A stretch of DNA of 9,974 nucleotides from a virus (taxonomy: Duplodnaviria; Heunggongvirae; Uroviricota; Caudoviricetes), in the IMG/VR virus record IMGVR_UViG_2541047897_000006; one strand, written 5' to 3'. A program made the position numbers and the translations under genes. Positions 7,586 to 9,974 of this stretch are shown here, in pieces; within the stretch, counting starts at the first letter, position 1; every line of letters starts with the position of its first letter. The notes under the pieces are model-generated. The model was given only the letters and a program-made list of their open reading frames with translations. It searched no databases and was not told the origin of the DNA.

Positions 7586-8137
7586 ATGAATCGCACATCC
7601 CTGATTAAATTAATCCATGTCGCCCGTCGGGAGCTACAACTCGACGACGACACTTACCGCGCTTTTCTGATGCAGAAAACGGGCAAAATCAGTTGCCGCG
7701 AGCTGACGGTTACGCAACTGGAACAGGTGCTCAATGCCATGAAAGAACGCGGCTTTAAGAAGCAGAATAAACACCCACGCCGTCGGTTTAAGGGGCATGT
7801 CACGCCCCGTGAGAAGGTGTATAAAATCTGGCAGCAGATGGCAGAAGACGGTTTTATTACCGATGGTGGTGATGTGGCGCTGGACAGATATGTTCAGCGC
7901 CTGACAGCGAAACGTAATGGCGGACAGGGTGTTTCCACGCTGGCGTGGTGCCACGGAGAATCGTTGCAGGTTGTGCTTGAAACACTCAAGCAGTGGCACA
8001 TCCGCTGTATTCGTGAAGCCTTTTCCCGTCACGGGCTTCCGTTGCCGGTCAGTCCGTCCGGGCGTGAACTGCGCGGCTATGATGCCATGACGGCGGCTTA
8101 TGCCCATGCCAGAAAGACACGGAGGATGGCACAATGA
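7586..8137 (+). CDS. gemA: GemA-like protein (Mu gp16 family)
   Basis: 183-aa ORF with a GGAGGT RBS. It lies immediately upstream of mor and overlaps it (ATGA), as gemA does in Mu. The call rests on position and size; I cannot search the sequence. Confidence 0.75.
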   Translation: MNRTSLIKLIHVARRELQLDDDTYRAFLMQKTGKISCRELTVTQLEQVLNAMKERGFKKQNKHPRRRFKGHVTPREKVYKIWQQMAEDGFITDGGDVALDRYVQRLTAKRNGGQGVSTLAWCHGESLQVVLETLKQWHIRCIREAFSRHGLPLPVSPSGRELRGYDAMTAAYAHARKTRRMAQ

Positions 8138-8523
8138 CGGAAGATTTATTTGGTGATTTGCAGGATGACACCATTCTGGCACATCTTGACAATCCCGCAG
8201 AGGATACGTCACGCTTTCCGGCACTGCTGGCGGAGCTGAACGATTTACTGCGCGGGGAATTGTCCCGGCTGGGTGTTGATCCTGCCCATTCACTGGAGAT
8301 TGTTGTGGCTATCTGTAAGCATCTGGGCGGTGGTCAGGTCTACATTCCACGCGGTCAGGTTCTGGACTCGCTGATTCGGGATTTGCGTATCTGGAATGAT
8401 TTTAACGGTCGCAACGTCAGCGAACTGACCACCCGTTATGGTGTCACTTTCAACACGGTTTACAAGGCTATTCGCCGGATGCGACGGCTGAAATACCGCC
8501 AGTACCAGCCCTCACTTCTGTAA
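8134..8523 (+). CDS. mor: Middle operon regulator Mor (transcription activator of Pm)
   Basis: 129-aa ORF with a GGAGGA RBS 7 nt upstream. The protein (MTEDLFGDLQDDTILAHLDNPAED...) matches Mu Mor as I recall it. Its C-terminal half is a paralogue of the C protein downstream: compare GGGQVYIPRG...IWNDFNGRNVSEL with GGRQFYIPCG...LYCQFNGRNMEEL. Confidence 0.9.
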   Translation: MTEDLFGDLQDDTILAHLDNPAEDTSRFPALLAELNDLLRGELSRLGVDPAHSLEIVVAICKHLGGGQVYIPRGQVLDSLIRDLRIWNDFNGRNVSELTTRYGVTFNTVYKAIRRMRRLKYRQYQPSLL

Positions 8524-8528
8524 ACAGT

Positions 8529-8553
8529 AAAGCCGGTTAATCCGGCTTTTTTT
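8529..8553 (+). terminator. Rho-independent terminator at the end of the early operon
   Basis: AAAGCCGG-ttaat-CCGGCTTT stem-loop followed by a run of seven T residues, 6 nt after the mor stop codon. Confidence 0.8.
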
Positions 8554-8559
8554 ACGTCC

Positions 8560-8640
8560 TCAATATCCTGTGATGAATAACCGTACCGGGGGAAATCATC
8601 ATGGGTAAAGGCTGGAATGCATCCTTTCATCTTGGCAGAC
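8560..8640 (+). promoter_or_regulatory. Probable middle promoter Pm with Mor-binding dyad (position approximate)
   Basis: An imperfect dyad, TGATGAATAA...N...AAATCATCA, spans about 8571-8601 just downstream of the early terminator. In Mu, Mor binds a dyad upstream of Pm, which drives C. I cannot place the -10 element or the +1 from sequence. Confidence 0.4.
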
Positions 8641-8941
8641 GTGAGCGGCTGTGTCAGGAGGTTTTGCACCGTGTCGCCGGTGGGCCACGGCCTGCGCCCC
8701 GCGACTATACCGGTCATGATGGCACCCACGGAAGTTATTACATGAAAGGATGGCAGTCGGTTGATATGCCGGAAATTCTTCACCACTGTCAACGTTATAA
8801 GGAAAAATATTGTGTACAGAAAATTCAGTGATGAATGTTTCGGGCCATTCGCGCTGCTCACCGCAATAAAAGTGATCGCCCTGGTGGTTCTGATAAGCAT
8901 CAGTGCCGTGGTGTCTTTCTGTCTGTTAACCGGGGGAAAAT

Positions 8942-9364
8942 ATGCAGCATGATTTATTTGAACACGATCCGGCAATTCGCCAGTTAATCGGGCATATTGA
9001 TAACATCCCGGCCCCGGAACTGGAATCACGCTGGCCCCGTTCGGTGGTTGATCTGATTGATGTTCTGGAAAACGAACTGAAACGCCAGAACGTCAGCAAT
9101 CCCCGTGAGCTTGCCCGTAAACAGGCCGTTGCCCTGTCCTGTTTTCTGGGCGGACGGCAGTTTTATATCCCCTGCGGCGATACTATCCTGACCGCGTTAC
9201 GCGACGATTTGCTTTACTGCCAGTTCAATGGTCGTAACATGGAAGAACTGCGTCGCCAGTACCGCCTGTCCCAGCCGCAGATCTACCAGATTATTGCCCG
9301 CCAGAGAAAGCTGCATACACGGCGTCATCAGCCTGATCTGTTCTCACCTGAAAGCCAGAAATAA
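8942..9364 (+). CDS. C: Late transcription activator C
   Basis: 140-aa ORF whose sequence (MQHDLFEHDPAIRQLIGHIDN...) matches Mu C as I recall it, and which is paralogous to Mor. It is followed by a hairpin terminator and then lys. Confidence 0.9.
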   Translation: MQHDLFEHDPAIRQLIGHIDNIPAPELESRWPRSVVDLIDVLENELKRQNVSNPRELARKQAVALSCFLGGRQFYIPCGDTILTALRDDLLYCQFNGRNMEELRRQYRLSQPQIYQIIARQRKLHTRRHQPDLFSPESQK

Positions 9365-9386
9365 CCGGCATCCTGCCGGTTATTTC
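9361..9386 (+). terminator. Probable terminator of the middle (C) transcript
   Basis: ATAACCGGCA-tcc-TGCCGGTTAT forms a perfect 10-bp stem with a 3-nt loop and includes the C stop codon. It is followed by TTCC, a short U-tract, so efficiency is uncertain. Confidence 0.55.
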
Positions 9387-9455
9387 CTGTCACCATAATC
9401 CCGCACCTGCCATCTGATTTTTTAGACTGCCATCAGAGCATTTTTTCAGGGAAGC
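9387..9455 (+). promoter_or_regulatory. Probable C-dependent late promoter Plys
   Basis: A 70-bp gap separates the C terminator from lys. It contains a -10-like TAGACT at 9423-9428 and no convincing -35, which is typical of activator-dependent Mu late promoters. The position is inferred, not mapped. Confidence 0.4.
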
Positions 9456-9458
9456 ATG

Positions 9459-9974
9459 ATGGCGGGGATACCAAAAAAACTGAAAGCCGCACTGCTGGCG
9501 GCAACGATTGCCGGTGGCAGTGTGGGTGGTTATCAGGAAATGACCCGTCAGTCTCTGATCCATCTGGAAAATATCGCTTATATGCCTTACCGCGATATTG
9601 CCGGTGTGCTTACGGTCTGTGTGGGACATACCGGGCCGGATATCGAAATGCGCCGTTACAGCCATGCGGAGTGTATGGCTCTCCTCGACAGTGATTTAAA
9701 ACCGGTTTATGCGGCAATCGATCGTCTTGTCAGGGTGCCGCTGACGCCATATCAGAAAACGGCGCTGGCAACGTTTATTTTCAACACCGGTGTTACCGCA
9801 TTCAGTAAATCAACGCTGCTGAAAAAACTCAATGCCGGTGATTACGCCGGAGCGCGTGACCAGATGGCCCGCTGGGTGTTTGCCGCAGGCCATAAATGGA
9901 AAGGACTGATGAACCGTCGCGAAGTGGAAATGGCAATCTGGAATATCAGGGGGGCGGATGACCTTCGCCAGTAA
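9459..9974 (+). CDS. lys: Endolysin Lys (SAR-type lysozyme)
   Basis: 171 aa from ATG 9459, where the GGGAAG RBS spacing is better than for the ORF-track start at 9456. The N-terminus LKAALLAATIAGGSVGGY is a Gly/Ala-rich weakly hydrophobic segment typical of a signal-anchor-release domain. A catalytic E...D...T spacing is visible in ENIAYMPYRDIAGVLT. The sequence matches Mu Lys as I recall it, and the TAA stop is the last codon of the window. Confidence 0.9.
   Translation: MAGIPKKLKAALLAATIAGGSVGGYQEMTRQSLIHLENIAYMPYRDIAGVLTVCVGHTGPDIEMRRYSHAECMALLDSDLKPVYAAIDRLVRVPLTPYQKTALATFIFNTGVTAFSKSTLLKKLNAGDYAGARDQMARWVFAAGHKWKGLMNRREVEMAIWNIRGADDLRQ

Larger units (their letters stand above)
1..9974. 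mobile_element. Left arm of a Mu/D108-like transposable phage (early operon, middle operon, start of late region); both ends lie outside the window
   Basis: Collinear + strand order ner-A-B-small ORFs-gam-small ORFs-gemA-mor-terminator-C-terminator-lys matches the known phage Mu left-arm layout. Several products match Mu proteins from memory. Tight packing with overlapping start/stop codons is typical of a phage operon. Confidence 0.9.

Noticed and set aside
7634-8293. 219-aa minus-strand ORF spanning gemA and the 5' end of mor
   Set aside because: It lies entirely antisense to two well-supported + strand genes in a compact phage operon, with no RBS or promoter context. Long antisense open frames are common in GC-balanced coding sequence, so I treat it as a shadow ORF.
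8601-8831. 76-aa + strand ORF (MGKGWNASFHLGRRERLCQ...) starting inside the putative Pm/Mor-site region
   Set aside because: Not called as a CDS because its start codon lies within or upstream of the likely middle-promoter elements, so it may not be on any transcript from its own start. It is kept as a hypothesis in the findings because the ACCGGGGGAAA motif is shared with the C start.
8460-9029. 189-aa minus-strand ORF spanning the mor 3' end, early terminator, Pm region and C 5' end
   Set aside because: It runs through the strong terminator hairpin and promoter region and is antisense to mor and C. I see no start-site support, so I treat it as a shadow ORF. Strand-specific RNA-seq would be needed to revive it.
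1-9974. Phage ends (attL, transposase-binding repeats), the transposition enhancer/operator region and the c repressor
   Set aside because: By the known Mu layout these lie upstream of ner, so before position 1 of this window. I see no transposase-binding end repeats or host-phage junction inside the window and will not invent one.
1-9974. CRISPR arrays, tRNA or rRNA genes, or integrase/att sites
   Set aside because: I see no regularly spaced direct repeats, no cloverleaf-compatible segments in the short intergenic gaps, and no tyrosine or serine recombinase ORF. The element is a transposable phage that uses DDE transposition rather than site-specific integration.

Overview
The window is the left arm of a Mu/D108-type transposable phage or prophage, with every supported gene on the + strand. 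It runs from the early regulator ner (window start) through transposase A and B, a block of about ten small early ORFs that includes gam, then gemA and mor, the early-transcript terminator, the Mor-dependent middle promoter region, the late activator C, its terminator, and the SAR endolysin lys, whose stop codon is the last triplet of the window. Calls for Ner, A, B, Gam, GemA, Mor, C and Lys rest on my recollection of the phage Mu proteins plus motifs visible in the sequence (DDE triad, Walker A/B, C-terminal RRKKAI tag). No database search was run. The Ner sequence and the A N-terminus diverge from the Mu sequence I recall, while Gam, Mor, C and Lys look Mu-like, so the element appears D108-like or mosaic. 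I see no tRNA, rRNA, CRISPR array or phage end in the window. The most interesting parts are the uncharacterised small-ORF blocks B-to-gam and gam-to-gemA, which include two Cys-rich zinc-ribbon mini-proteins and a tandem-HTH protein, and the roughly 390-bp leader between the early terminator and C. I cannot show from sequence alone that any of these is a new system; the findings are candidates with stated tests.
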